The notes: generated by a model not told the origin, from the letters alone. A DNA stretch of 32,000 nucleotides from Candidatus Saccharimonadota bacterium (GCA_963677765.1 OY782392.1:420001-452000), one strand, 5' to 3'; counted from the first letter of the stretch, positions 1 to 19,593 are shown. Numbers and translations are program-made.

Positions 1-273
1 AGTAATGGTAATCTATGATTTGATAGTGATTTTGATGAAAACAATATAACATCACAAGAAAAAGCTGATTTTTCAAAGGTATTTAATATAATGTTATCAT
101 GAAATGAAGAATGACCTATAAATACAGATGCTATACTAAATGACAGATGAACTCCTATAAGTGATTATACAGTATTTGAAAACTTTTTAGAAACAAACAA
201 ATTAAGAGATACTTGATTTGCAAGTAAAATAATGATTGATAATATAAGAAGTAATAATAATGAAAACAAATAA
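1..273 (+). CDS. hypothetical protein, C-terminal fragment (5' end outside the window)
   Basis: Frame 1 is open from base 1 to TAA at 271-273 when TGA is read as Gly (five in-frame TGA). A hairpin terminator follows directly. No family recognised. Confidence 0.5.
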
Positions 274-298
274 AAGGATAGCTAAATAGCTATCCTTT
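273..298. terminator. bidirectional intrinsic terminator hairpin shared by two convergent genes
   Basis: aaaggatagc / gctatccttt, a 10-bp stem with loop taaata, flanked by A and T runs. It sits between the stop at 271-273 (+) and contains the stop at 290-292 (-). Confidence 0.6.
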
Positions 299-778
299 TA
301 TTTGTTGGTCCAATCTAGAATTTAGTCTTTTTAAGGCTTCTAAAAAATCAAAGTTTTGAAAATCAAAATATATTTGCTCATTTCAAAAACCCAAGTATCA
401 GATTTTTTCATTCATTATAGTATTAACTATATAATCAATTGCATCATCTTGAATTATAAAATATTTTCTAAAAGTATCTTTTATTAATTCTTGTTTTTTA
501 GGGTATTTAAATTCAATAAATCATAAGATAGCATTAACAGCTTCTCAAGACTCTTCTATAAGCTTTTTAACTACAAAATCTAGTTCAGAATAATTTAATC
601 TATTGTTATCAAAATCTTCATCTAAAAAAACTTTTAGATAAGAGTTATTAATATCATCAACAGTTATATCAGTATTTTTTTCTAAAAAGTTATTTAATTC
701 TAAAAAACTTAATTTTGAGTTTTTTTCATCTATTTCAAGCTCATCAAAACCTCAAAATATTTTTACTCTTTCTGACAT
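290..778 (-). CDS. hypothetical acidic protein, 162 aa
   Basis: ATG at complement 776-778. I checked every in-frame triplet down to TAG at 290-292 and found no TAA/TAG. Five in-frame TGA. Translation MSERVKIFGGFDELEIDEKNSK...LNSRLDQQIKG. No family recognised. Confidence 0.6.
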
Positions 779-783
779 AAAAT

Positions 784-824
784 ATATTATTATATTATAG
801 ATAAAATCTATAATATAATAATAT
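784..824. promoter_or_regulatory. perfect 19-bp inverted repeat with a 3-nt spacer (candidate operator) in a divergent intergenic region
   Basis: Left arm atattattatattatagat (784-802), spacer aaa, right arm atctataatataataatat (806-824). The arms are exact reverse complements. Confidence 0.5.
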
Positions 825-837
825 CATCATTTGTCAA
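810..837 (-). promoter_or_regulatory. putative sigma70-type promoter for the 290-778 gene
   Basis: On the minus strand: TTGACA (832-837), 16 nt, TATTAT (810-815). The -10 box lies inside the right arm of the 19-bp palindrome. Confidence 0.45.
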
Positions 838-936
838 CGAAATATACTAAGAATTTTAATATAATGCTAAAATATTTTTATTTGAAAAATACAATTTATA
901 GTTATAATTAATAAAATTATTTTCAAAATTAAAATT

Positions 937-1398
937 ATGGATAACTTAATTTATAAATGGACTTTTTCTGATAACAAAAACAGAGGTAAGTTTTGGTACA
1001 TAATAGCAATTTCAATTGTTTTATGAATAGCTATTTGGTGAGTTTTAACTAAACAATATTGATTAACTATAATAATACTACTAGTAGCATGAGTTACTTT
1101 TTTTATAGAAAATAATTCAGCTGAAATAATAGAAGTAAAAATAAGTGACTTGTGAATAAAAATTTGAGAATATTTTTATGATTATCATAAAATAGAAAAG
1201 TACTGATTCATATATAATTGAGAAAATGCTCAATTTTTAAGAATTTATCTAAATAAATCAGCTCTAAAAAATATAGATTTAAAAATTGATAATAAAATAT
1301 GCCAAGATTTAAAAAGTATTTTAGCTCAATATTTAGAAGAATCAGAAAAATCTGAATTAAGTTGATCAGAAAAGTTAATTAATTTCTTAAAACTATAA
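937..1398 (+). CDS. hypothetical membrane protein, 153 aa (two N-terminal TM helices plus a soluble C-terminal domain)
   Basis: ATG 937 to TAA 1396-1398, checked codon by codon with TGA=Gly. Hydrophobic stretches FWYIIAISIVLGIAIWGVL and LTIIILLVAGVTFFI. Confidence 0.6.
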
Positions 1399-1401
1399 AA
1401 A

Positions 1402-1797
1402 ATGAAAATATTATTATCAATATTCTTTAATGCCTTAATACTATATCTTCTAGCTTTTTTCTTATGAGAAAATACTTCTCTATGAGTTGAATCAGGAATA
1501 ATAGTTGAATGAGGATATATAACATACATAATATGATGAGCTATATTGTGAATTATAAATGTTACTATTAGACCAATATTAAAAATATTATCACTACCTT
1601 TCTTCTTTATATTTTTATGACTTGTTGTACTTTTCATAAATGCAATAATTTTATGGTTATTAGATTATATTTTTAATCAAATTCTTGTTATTCCAGGGAT
1701 TTCTTATGATATAAATTGAGCTGTAAATTTTGTAATTGCTGTTGCAATTTTTACAATTTTGAATATGTTTTATACATTATTATTTAATAAAAAATAG
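1402..1797 (+). CDS. DUF360 / phage holin family IV (YvlD-like) membrane protein, 131 aa
   Basis: ATG 1402 to TAG 1795-1797, checked codon by codon. The sequence GAILGIINVTIRPILKILSLPFFFIFLGLVVLFINAIILWLL matches the characteristic N-x-x-I-R-P-I-L...G-L-x-x-L-x-x-N core of PF04020-type proteins, as I recall it. The antisense track ORF 1326-1637 is spurious. Confidence 0.65.
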
Positions 1798-1801
1798 AAA
1801 A

Positions 1802-2020
1802 ATGATTGAATTACTAAAATTTAGTGAAGTTATTATAGCTGTTATGCTTATTTTTATTGTTTTAATACAAAACAAAAATGTTACATTAAGCCTTACTGAT
1901 ATGAGTGGTGGTATGGGACAAGCAACAAAAAGATGACCAGAAAAAGTATTACATAATACTACTATAATACTTGGATCATTATTTGTTTTAAATTCATTAG
2001 CATTATACCTAGTTATATAA
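1802..2020 (+). CDS. secG: preprotein translocase subunit SecG, 72 aa
   Basis: ATG 1802 to TAA 2018-2020. It has two TM helices flanking MSGGMGQATKRGPEKVLHNTT, the typical SecG glycine-rich loop and size. Confidence 0.7.
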
Positions 2021-2034
2021 TTTAGTTATTATTT

Positions 2035-4251
2035 ATGTTTATAAAAAAACTAAGCAAACTTAAGAAATACTTATTTTTAATAAGTATTCTATTTTTGTTT
2101 TTATCTACGATACACCTAACATATATTTATTTATATGAAGATTCTGAAAAAGTCCCTGTTGAATGAGGGTCTATTTCTGAGTGACTTATTTGAGGGTTTC
2201 CTAGCTTAAATCCATTGGTACAATTATCTTGAAATAATGAATATGTTGTTAGCCTTCTTTATAGAAGTTTATTAAAATATGATACTAATCAAGAGAAAAT
2301 AGTATGAGATATTGCGAATTGTGATATACAAGATATTTCTAGTATAGAATGTTATGTAAACGAAAATGCATATTGGTCAAACTGAGATAGAATTACTTCA
2401 AAAGATATAGTTTCAACTTTTAATAAAATAAAAGAGACTAAATCTAATCTTATAATGAGTTCATTACTTGAAAATATAACTATACAAGAATCTGATGATA
2501 TTATAATTTTCAAAAATTCTCAAAATGATATAAACTCATTAAATATATTTTTTCAACCTATATTACCAAAAGTAGTAATAGATGAATTAACAAATGAAGA
2601 AATAACATGAAGTTTTAATAAAACTGATGGTATATATTCTTGAGATTTTATAGTGTCTAATATTAGTTCAGATGCTACAATATGAATATCTAAAATAATA
2701 TTGGATAGAAATCCTTATTATGATAATGGTAATATCTCAAAATTAATTTTGAACATATTCCCTGATACTCAAACTTTTTTAAAAAATAGTCAATCAGTTA
2801 ATATATTTAATGATAATGAAAATATAATCTGAAGTTCAAATCCTAGATTAGCTAATCATAAATATATAATTCCTCAATTTGTATGATTATTTATAAACAA
2901 AGACAATATTTCAAGTTATAACTTGAGAACTTTTATACTTAATGAAATAAGTTCTGAAAATTTAGTTGAATTATTATGATCTAATAATTTTGAAAAAATT
3001 GAAAATCCTTATTTAAATGAAACAGATATAGATTCAGTTCCTAATAATAGAAACTTTGATGAAATAATGTCATCATTATGATATACTAAAAAATCTGCTC
3101 TTATAAACTCTATTGCTAAAAAAGAGAACAATGTAATATCTGATGAAGTAGAAATAAAAATTGATGAAAATGAATTAGAAAACCTTACTATAGATGACTT
3201 TCAAGAAGAATCAAAAGTAATAACTTCACCTAGCTATGTAGAAAAATTTAACTTTATAACAAAAGATAATATATTACTAAAAGGTAATGTTAGGTCTTGA
3301 GTTGATGCTGTTTATATAAATGACTATAAACTACAATGATTTAATGCTTGAGATAAAGTGTTTAATTATAGATTAGCTGAAATATATGATTCTATAAAAG
3401 TATGAGAAAATAACTATAAAATATACTTTGAAATTAACTGAGAAAAAGAATTAGTTGATGAAGTGAATTTTTATTATAATTCTAATAGTACAGAAACAGA
3501 AAGTTATAAAAAAGAGTTAATAAAAAGGCTATATACTGATGATTTAGAAGAGAAAAAATCTCAACAAGAATTGGTAATAGAAGAAGAACAAAATACTCAA
3601 GAAATAGATGAAGAAGAATTAAAAAAATATAATGAATTAGATGATAAATTATATTATAATTCTAACTTAGAAGCTTTTACACTTAGCTTGTATTTTCTAA
3701 ATTCTCAAAAAGATTTAGAACAAACTGCCAATTATATAAAAGATTCTCTTAAAAATTTATGAATTAATATTGAACTTGTTCCATATAATATAAAAGATAT
3801 TTCTACAATAGTTAATGATAAGAAAAAATATGACTTAATATTAACATGAATAAATTTATGATATTTTGATTTTAATATTTTCCCTTATTTTCATTCTAGT
3901 CAATCAGATTGATGATATAATTTTTCTAACTTAAAAAGAACAAGCTTAGATTTACTTTTAGAAGAATTAAAATCAAATATATATAATGAAGAAAAAACAA
4001 AAGAACTTCAAGATAAAGTATTAGAAATACTAAAAGAAGAACAAGTAGTAAAAGCTATATATACTCCAAAAATCAATTTATTAATTGATAAAAATATAAA
4101 AAATACTAGTTTTATAGAATACTTACCTAGTAAATCTTTAAGATCATATATAGTCAATCAAGCATATATAAGAGAAGAAAGAAATATTAATTTAGAAAAT
4201 AAAAGTTTCTTAGGATTCTTTAAATTCCTACTAAAAAAAATATATGAATAA
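2035..4251 (+). CDS. membrane-anchored ABC-type solute-binding protein, family 5 (peptide/nickel type), 738 aa with a large internal insertion
   Basis: ATG 2035 to TAA 4249-4251. I checked every codon line and found no TAA/TAG, but many TGA. N-terminal TM anchor YLFLISILFLFL. N-lobe signature VEGGSISEGLIGGFPSLNPL...YRSLLKYD...WSNGDRITSKDIVSTF. C-lobe signature YDLILTGINLGYFDFNIFPYFHSSQSDGGYNFSN. Confidence 0.75.
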
Positions 4252-5146
4252 TGAGCTAAAAGATAAAGTCGTTCTACCTGCTCGGAAAATAATCAAGGAA
4301 GATATTAAAATAAAAAAATTCTATTTACTACCTTGATTATTATCTATTATTTTTCTAACATGATTATTGGTATACCAAGTAATATATACATATGTAGAAA
4401 TATTTTGAAATAATAAAGATCAGGTACTTAAAATAATATTAAAATTTCTAGAATCAGATTATTGATTTGAGATATTATTAATTTGATTTATTTTTATTAT
4501 AATCTATATATTTATGACACCTATATTTGAATGAGGTTTGATAAAATATATAGATTGTAAAAATAAATGAGAAAATATATGTAGTATTGATGCTTTATGA
4601 CAATGATTATATAAATTTTTACCATTATTTAAATTCAATAATACTTTCTCAGAATTCAAAATAATGAGTATATTAAATTTTTACTTGTTTATATTGAGAT
4701 TTATATGATTAGAATATATTAAAGTATTAAGTTATATATTTATAGTTATATTTATAATATGATTTATAATTAATATATTACTAGTTTATGCTAAATATTT
4801 TATAGTACTATGAAATAAAGGAGTATTTGAATCAATTTCACTTTCTTCAAAAATAGCTATATTAAATATAAATAATACTACTAAATTATATTTTTTAATG
4901 CTCTGATTAAATGTAAGAGTAATACTAAATTTTATAATATTTTTATTCTTCCCTATTGCTGTAGTAGTTGCAATATGAATAATAAGTAGTCAATTTCTAT
5001 TAATACTTACAATATCAATATTATCTATAATATTTATAATATTAATAATAATAGTTTGATACTTAACAGCCGTTTTAGAAGTGTTTAAAACTTCTATATG
5101 GTATTATGCATATAAAAACTCAATAAATAGGTTAGAAGACGAATAA
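4244..5146 (+). CDS. hypothetical polytopic membrane protein, 300 aa
   Basis: ATG 4244 overlaps the preceding stop by 8 nt. Open to TAA 5144-5146 with TGA=Gly. Several long hydrophobic segments. No family recognised. Confidence 0.6.
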
Positions 5147-5150
5147 ATAA

Positions 5151-5180
5151 AAAAATATATAGATTAATCTATATATTTTT
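5151..5180. terminator. bidirectional AT-rich terminator hairpin
   Basis: aaaaatatatagat / atctatatattttt palindrome between the convergent stops at 5144-5146 (+) and 5181-5183 (-). Confidence 0.5.
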
Positions 5181-6002
5181 TTATTTATATTCTAAATAGT
5201 GTTTTTTGTAATAATTGATTGAATATTCAAGATTTTGAATTACTCTTTCTTTATTACCTACTCATAATTCTTGAGGTCTAACTTTTAATGAAATAAATCA
5301 ATTATATCAAGCTATTCTAAGTTTCATTAAGAAACTTTCTAATGGCATATAAGATATACCACCTCAAGCATTTCAAGGTAATAAAAATGATTTAGGTCAT
5401 TTCTTATCACTTAGGTAAATATTTCTAACACTTGATCATAGTATTTTTTGAGCTTTTAAGATATCATTTGAAGAAGAAGTATCAATACTAGATAAATCCA
5501 ATGAAGTATCACCAGTAACTCTTTTTATATCATATAAAGAAGCATTTTTATATTTTGGTATTACAAATAATAAAAATTCTGGTTCTACATTTTTTATTGC
5601 AACTCAAATATGTATATCTCTTTTTACTCTTAATAAATACTTAGTAAACCAAGTACTTGATTTATCAGAAATATGTGGAGGAGAAAAAGTAATAAGTTGT
5701 GATCATAAAGCTTTAGCTATTCTAACTATTTGATCAACTTTTTTTTCATTCATTCATCAAGTTGGTGCAGTAATAGATAAAACTGGAATTCAAATAGAAT
5801 CACTTAATTCTTTTAAATAATCTTCATCCCACATATCATAGTTTAATTTATTCATTGATAAGTCTATACCATCGAAACCTGCTTCCTTAGCGAAAGAAAA
5901 TATTCTATGTAAACCATATCAAGTAAGAGATGCAGTTGATAATAAAATCACGTTTTGAAAATTAAATATTAATATAACTAGTACAATAATAGCATAATTC
6001 AT
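5181..6002 (-). CDS. sugar phosphate isomerase/epimerase-like protein (xylose isomerase-like TIM barrel), 273 aa
   Basis: ATG at complement 6000-6002, stop TAA at 5181-5183. Sequence ...FAKEAGFDGIDLSM...ITAPTGG...ITFSPPH...NVEPE...LDLSS... resembles the AP-endonuclease-2/xylose-isomerase TIM-barrel pattern. An in-frame GTG at 5949-5951 is a possible alternative start. Confidence 0.55.
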
Positions 6003-6062
6003 AAAGTAAAACAAATAAATTATTGAAAAAATACTAGATTAATTTAAAAAATATGAGATAAT

Positions 6063-6096
6063 AAAAAAGAGCTAAGATTTTTCTTAGCTCTTTTTT
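6063..6096 (-). terminator. intrinsic terminator of rRNA operon copy 1
   Basis: aaaaaagagctaaga / tcttagctctttttt, a 15-bp stem with a T-run on the transcribed (minus) strand, downstream of tRNA-Val. Confidence 0.7.
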
Positions 6097-6118
6097 AAAT
6101 TTGAATAATAGATAATAA

Positions 6119-6162
6119 GGTGATGAGGGATTTACCCAAAGGGCATAAACTTCTCATCCCTC
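6119..6162 (-). other. GC-richer structured element containing a 14-nt copy of the tRNA-Val 3' end
   Basis: Minus strand gagggatgagaagtttatgccctttgggtaaatccctcatcacc. There is a 7-bp stem gagggat/atccctc and an inner ccc-ttt-ggg mini-hairpin. aatccctcatcacc is identical to the T-arm/acceptor 3' strand of tRNA-Val at 6222-6298. Confidence 0.4.
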
Positions 6163-6221
6163 AAAACAAAAAAATACTTCAATCTAGTTTTAACTAAATC
6201 AAAGTATAATTAATTCTTTAA

Positions 6222-6298
6222 TGGTGGGTGATGAGGGATTCGAACCCCCGACCCCCTGCTTGTAAGGCAGATGCTCTCGCCAACTGAGCTAATCACCC
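6222..6298 (-). tRNA. tRNA-Val (anticodon UAC)
   Basis: gggtgattagctcagttggcgagagcatctgccttacaagcagggggtcgggggttcgaatccctcatcacccacca. Cloverleaf drawn by hand, anticodon loop cuUACaa, encoded CCA. Confidence 0.9.
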
Positions 6299-6354
6299 AT
6301 TTTTATGTCTTCATTATATATATTTTCATATATTTTCAAGTTTTATGTAAGAAA

Positions 6355-6430
6355 TGGTACAGGTGGCAGGGTTCGAACCTACGACCTTTGGCTTAGAAGG
6401 CCACTGCTCTTCCAACTGAGCTACACCTGC
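6355..6430 (-). tRNA. tRNA-Arg (anticodon UCU)
   Basis: gcaggtgtagctcagttggaagagcagtggccttctaagccaaaggtcgtaggttcgaaccctgccacctgtacca. Anticodon loop cuUCUaa, encoded CCA. Confidence 0.9.
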
Positions 6431-6468
6431 TTAGTTACATTTTTTCATAAAAAAAATTGATATCAAGA

Positions 6469-6586
6469 TCTTGGCAGCTACCTACTCTCACACATCTACG
6501 AGATGCACTACCATCAGCACGAGTTGGCTTAACTTCTGTGTTCGGGATGGGAACAGGTGTACCTCAACCGTTATAACTACCAAGAG
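6469..6586 (-). rRNA. rrf: 5S rRNA (copy 1)
   Basis: The reverse complement contains the conserved cctgttcccatcccgaacacagaagttaagc and ...gagagtaggt... motifs. The ends are approximate. Confidence 0.9.
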
Positions 6587-6682
6587 CCTAATATCAATTA
6601 TGTTTTGTTGTATTTGCTCAATAATCTGAACAATTAAAGTTAGTTAATTAGCACTAATCAATAAATAATTGATAGTATAGTA

Positions 6683-9605
<2,923 letters not shown>

Positions 9606-9727
9606 ATACTACAAAATCTATTAATTATTTAATAGTATTAACTAACTTTAACTATTCAGATTATTTTAATGAACAAAATAAACAAAATATTAGAAGAAAA
9701 TCTCAAATCTTTACTTAAAGAAAATTA

Positions 9728-11214
<1,487 letters not shown>

Positions 11215-11335
11215 TAAATGCCTATCTAAAATAGGACTTTGATTTTTTTGTTTTTTCCTAGCAAAGAATTGTTTAATTTTCTTCTAATATTCTGTTTATT
11301 TTAATGAACTCTCTTCTCTCTCAAAAAGTAACAAG

Positions 11336-11363
11336 ATTGTATTATTTTTTATTAGTTTGTCAA
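11336..11363 (-). promoter_or_regulatory. rRNA promoter P1 (inside the repeat), copy 1
   Basis: Minus strand TTGACA (11358-11363), 16 nt, TACAAT (11336-11341), with an A-rich UP-like tract upstream. It lies about 120 nt upstream of the mature 16S 5' end. Confidence 0.65.
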
Positions 11364-11438
11364 AACTTTTTTTAATGTTTTTTTGTGACTTGACTAAATA
11401 AAAATATATGTTTTCTTAAAACTTTTTAATGCTTAAGG

Positions 11439-11466
11439 ATTTTATTAATTTTTTAATCTTTGTCAA
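11439..11466 (-). promoter_or_regulatory. additional rRNA promoter P2 in the inter-operon spacer
   Basis: Minus strand TTGACA (11461-11466), 16 nt, TAAAAT (11439-11444). It shares the 17-mer ttgtcaaaacttttttt with P1. Confidence 0.55.
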
Positions 11467-11523
11467 AACTTTTTTTGTTTTTTATTACAAGCTAAAAGCA
11501 TTAATATCTTCTAAAGCCAATGG

Positions 11524-11551
11524 ATTGTATTTATATTATTTGATAAGTCAA
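11524..11551 (-). promoter_or_regulatory. additional rRNA promoter P3 in the inter-operon spacer
   Basis: Minus strand TTGACT (11546-11551), 16 nt, TACAAT (11524-11529). Confidence 0.55.
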
Positions 11552-11698
11552 AACTTTTTATAAAAAAAATAAATTATATAAATAATAATAAATAAATAGA
11601 TCTAAATTTACTTTATAAATAGATATCAATTCTAATATAATTATTTATATAAAGCAAAAAAAACTATATTTTAATCTTAATAAAAAATATGAGATAAT

Positions 11699-11732
11699 AA
11701 AAAAGAGCTAAGATTTTTCTTAGCTCTTTTTT
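11699..11732 (-). terminator. intrinsic terminator of rRNA operon copy 2
   Basis: Identical to 6063-6096. It lies between the two operons, upstream of P3/P2/P1 of copy 1. Confidence 0.7.
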
Positions 11733-11754
11733 AAATTTGAATAATAGATAATAA

Positions 11755-11798
11755 GGTGATGAGGGATTTACCCAAAGGGCATAAACTTCTCATCCCTC
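11755..11798 (-). other. tRNA-Val 3'-end-like structured element, copy 2
   Basis: Identical to 6119-6162. Confidence 0.4.
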
Positions 11799-11857
11799 AA
11801 AACAAAAAAATACTTCAATCTAGTTTTAACTAAATCAAAGTATAATTAATTCTTTAA

Positions 11858-11934
11858 TGGTGGGTGATGAGGGATTCGAACCCCCGACCCCCTGCTTGTA
11901 AGGCAGATGCTCTCGCCAACTGAGCTAATCACCC
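11858..11934 (-). tRNA. tRNA-Val (anticodon UAC), copy 2
   Basis: Identical to 6222-6298. Confidence 0.9.
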
Positions 11935-11990
11935 ATTTTTATGTCTTCATTATATATATTTTCATATATTTTCAAGTTTTATGTAAGAAA

Positions 11991-12066
11991 TGGTACAGGT
12001 GGCAGGGTTCGAACCTACGACCTTTGGCTTAGAAGGCCACTGCTCTTCCAACTGAGCTACACCTGC
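11991..12066 (-). tRNA. tRNA-Arg (anticodon UCU), copy 2
   Basis: Identical to 6355-6430. Confidence 0.9.
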
Positions 12067-12104
12067 TTAGTTACATTTTTTCATAAAAAAAATTGATATC
12101 AAGA

Positions 12105-12222
12105 TCTTGGCAGCTACCTACTCTCACACATCTACGAGATGCACTACCATCAGCACGAGTTGGCTTAACTTCTGTGTTCGGGATGGGAACAGGTGTACCT
12201 CAACCGTTATAACTACCAAGAG
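12105..12222 (-). rRNA. rrf: 5S rRNA (copy 2)
   Basis: Identical to 6469-6586. Confidence 0.9.
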
Positions 12223-12318
12223 CCTAATATCAATTATGTTTTGTTGTATTTGCTCAATAATCTGAACAATTAAAGTTAGTTAATTAGCACTAATCAATAA
12301 ATAATTGATAGTATAGTA

Positions 12319-15241
<2,923 letters not shown>

Positions 15242-15363
15242 ATACTACAAAATCTATTAATTATTTAATAGTATTAACTAACTTTAACTATTCAGATTAT
15301 TTTAATGAACAAAATAAACAAAATATTAGAAGAAAATCTCAAATCTTTACTTAAAGAAAATTA

Positions 15364-16850
<1,487 letters not shown>

Positions 16851-16971
16851 TAAATGCCTATCTAAAATAGGACTTTGATTTTTTTGTTTTTTCCTAGCAA
16901 AGAATTGTTTAATTTTCTTCTAATATTCTGTTTATTTTAATGAACTCTCTTCTCTCTCAAAAAGTAACAAG

Positions 16972-16999
16972 ATTGTATTATTTTTTATTAGTTTGTCAA
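16972..16999 (-). promoter_or_regulatory. rRNA promoter P1, copy 2
   Basis: TTGACA (16994-16999), 16 nt, TACAAT (16972-16977) on the minus strand. Identical to 11336-11363. Confidence 0.65.
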
Positions 17000-17061
17000 A
17001 ACTTTTTTTAATGTTTTTTTGTGATACAAAAAAAATAAAATTTTAATCAATCTTTATTATA

Positions 17062-17137
17062 TGGTGGGCCTGGTTGGAATTGAACCAACGACCAATTGGT
17101 TATGAGCCAACTGCTCTAACCCCTGAGCTACAGGCCC
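17062..17137 (-). tRNA. tRNA with anticodon CAU (elongator Met, or Ile2 after lysidine modification; not an initiator)
   Basis: gggcctgtagctcaggggttagagcagttggctcataaccaattggtcgttggttcaattccaaccaggcccacca. G1-C72 pair and no GGG/CCC anticodon stem, so not fMet. The overall sequence resembles Ile-type tRNAs. Confidence 0.85.
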
Positions 17138-17173
17138 TTATAAATAAGGATAAGGGTCAATCCTAAGATTGGA

Positions 17174-17263
17174 TGGCGGAAGGGATGGGATTCGAACCCA
17201 CGGAATCCGTAAGGATTCACTCCCTTAGCAGGGGAGCCCGTTCAGCCACTCTGGCACCCTTCC
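17174..17263 (-). tRNA. tRNA-Ser (anticodon GCU), long variable arm
   Basis: ggaagggtgccagagtggctgaacgggctcccctgctaagggagtgaatccttacggattccgtgggttcgaatcccatcccttccgcca. Confidence 0.9.
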
Positions 17264-17288
17264 TTACATCAATTTTCTCAAAAAAAAA

Positions 17289-17376
17289 TGGCGGAGAAAC
17301 AGGGATTCGAACCCTGGGTACCTTGCGGTACGACGGTTTTCAAGACCGTTGCTTTCGACCACTCAGCCATCTCTCC
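17289..17376 (-). tRNA. tRNA-Ser (anticodon UGA, reads UCN), long variable arm
   Basis: ggagagatggctgagtggtcgaaagcaacggtcttgaaaaccgtcgtaccgcaaggtacccagggttcgaatccctgtttctccgcca. Confidence 0.9.
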
Positions 17377-17427
17377 ACACTTAGAACATTTAATTTAAAG
17401 AACTGTGTTGCTAAATTAAATTTTTAA

Positions 17428-17502
17428 TGGCTCCCCCGACTGGATTCGAACCAGTGACCAAATGGTTAACAGCCATCTACTCTACCACTGAGCTACGGAG
17501 GA
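17428..17502 (-). tRNA. tRNA-Asn (anticodon GUU)
   Basis: tcctccgtagctcagtggtagagtagatggctgttaaccatttggtcactggttcgaatccagtcgggggagcca. U1-A72 pair, encoded CCA. Confidence 0.9.
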
Positions 17503-17533
17503 ATATATTTGTATATCTGATTTAGCGAGACTG

Positions 17534-17561
17534 ATTTTATATTTTTTTTTTATATTGTCAA
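17534..17561 (-). promoter_or_regulatory. promoter of the four-tRNA cluster
   Basis: Minus strand TTGACA (17556-17561), 16 nt, TAAAAT (17534-17539), with A/T tracts upstream. Confidence 0.55.
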
Positions 17562-17612
17562 AGTTTTTTTTAACTTTTTTTTAAAAAAAATATTTAAGCC
17601 TTATTTAAGGTT

Positions 17613-17651
17613 AAAATTATAGGATTTAATAGCGTTAAATCCTATAATTTT
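17613..17651 (-). terminator. gyrB terminator hairpin
   Basis: aaaattataggatttaa / ttaaatcctataatttt, a 17-bp stem with loop tagcg, 8 nt downstream of the gyrB stop. Confidence 0.55.
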
Positions 17652-17658
17652 ATTTATA

Positions 17659-19557
<1,899 letters not shown>

Positions 19558-19593
19558 ATTAAAAAATCAATTATTTAATAATTTACAAATAAT

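Noticed and set aside
1402-1797. The holin-family (DUF360) gene as evidence of a prophage or lysis cassette
   Set aside because: There is no endolysin, spanin, integrase, capsid or terminase gene nearby. The neighbours are secG and membrane or solute-binding proteins. This family is widespread as a chromosomal membrane protein.
17173-17427. Plus-strand 84-aa track ORF across 17173-17427, and the 78-aa ORF at 23075-23311
   Set aside because: Both read straight through tRNA genes and their spacers on the opposite strand. Their GC-rich, Gly/Arg/Pro-rich translations are artefacts of tRNA sequence.
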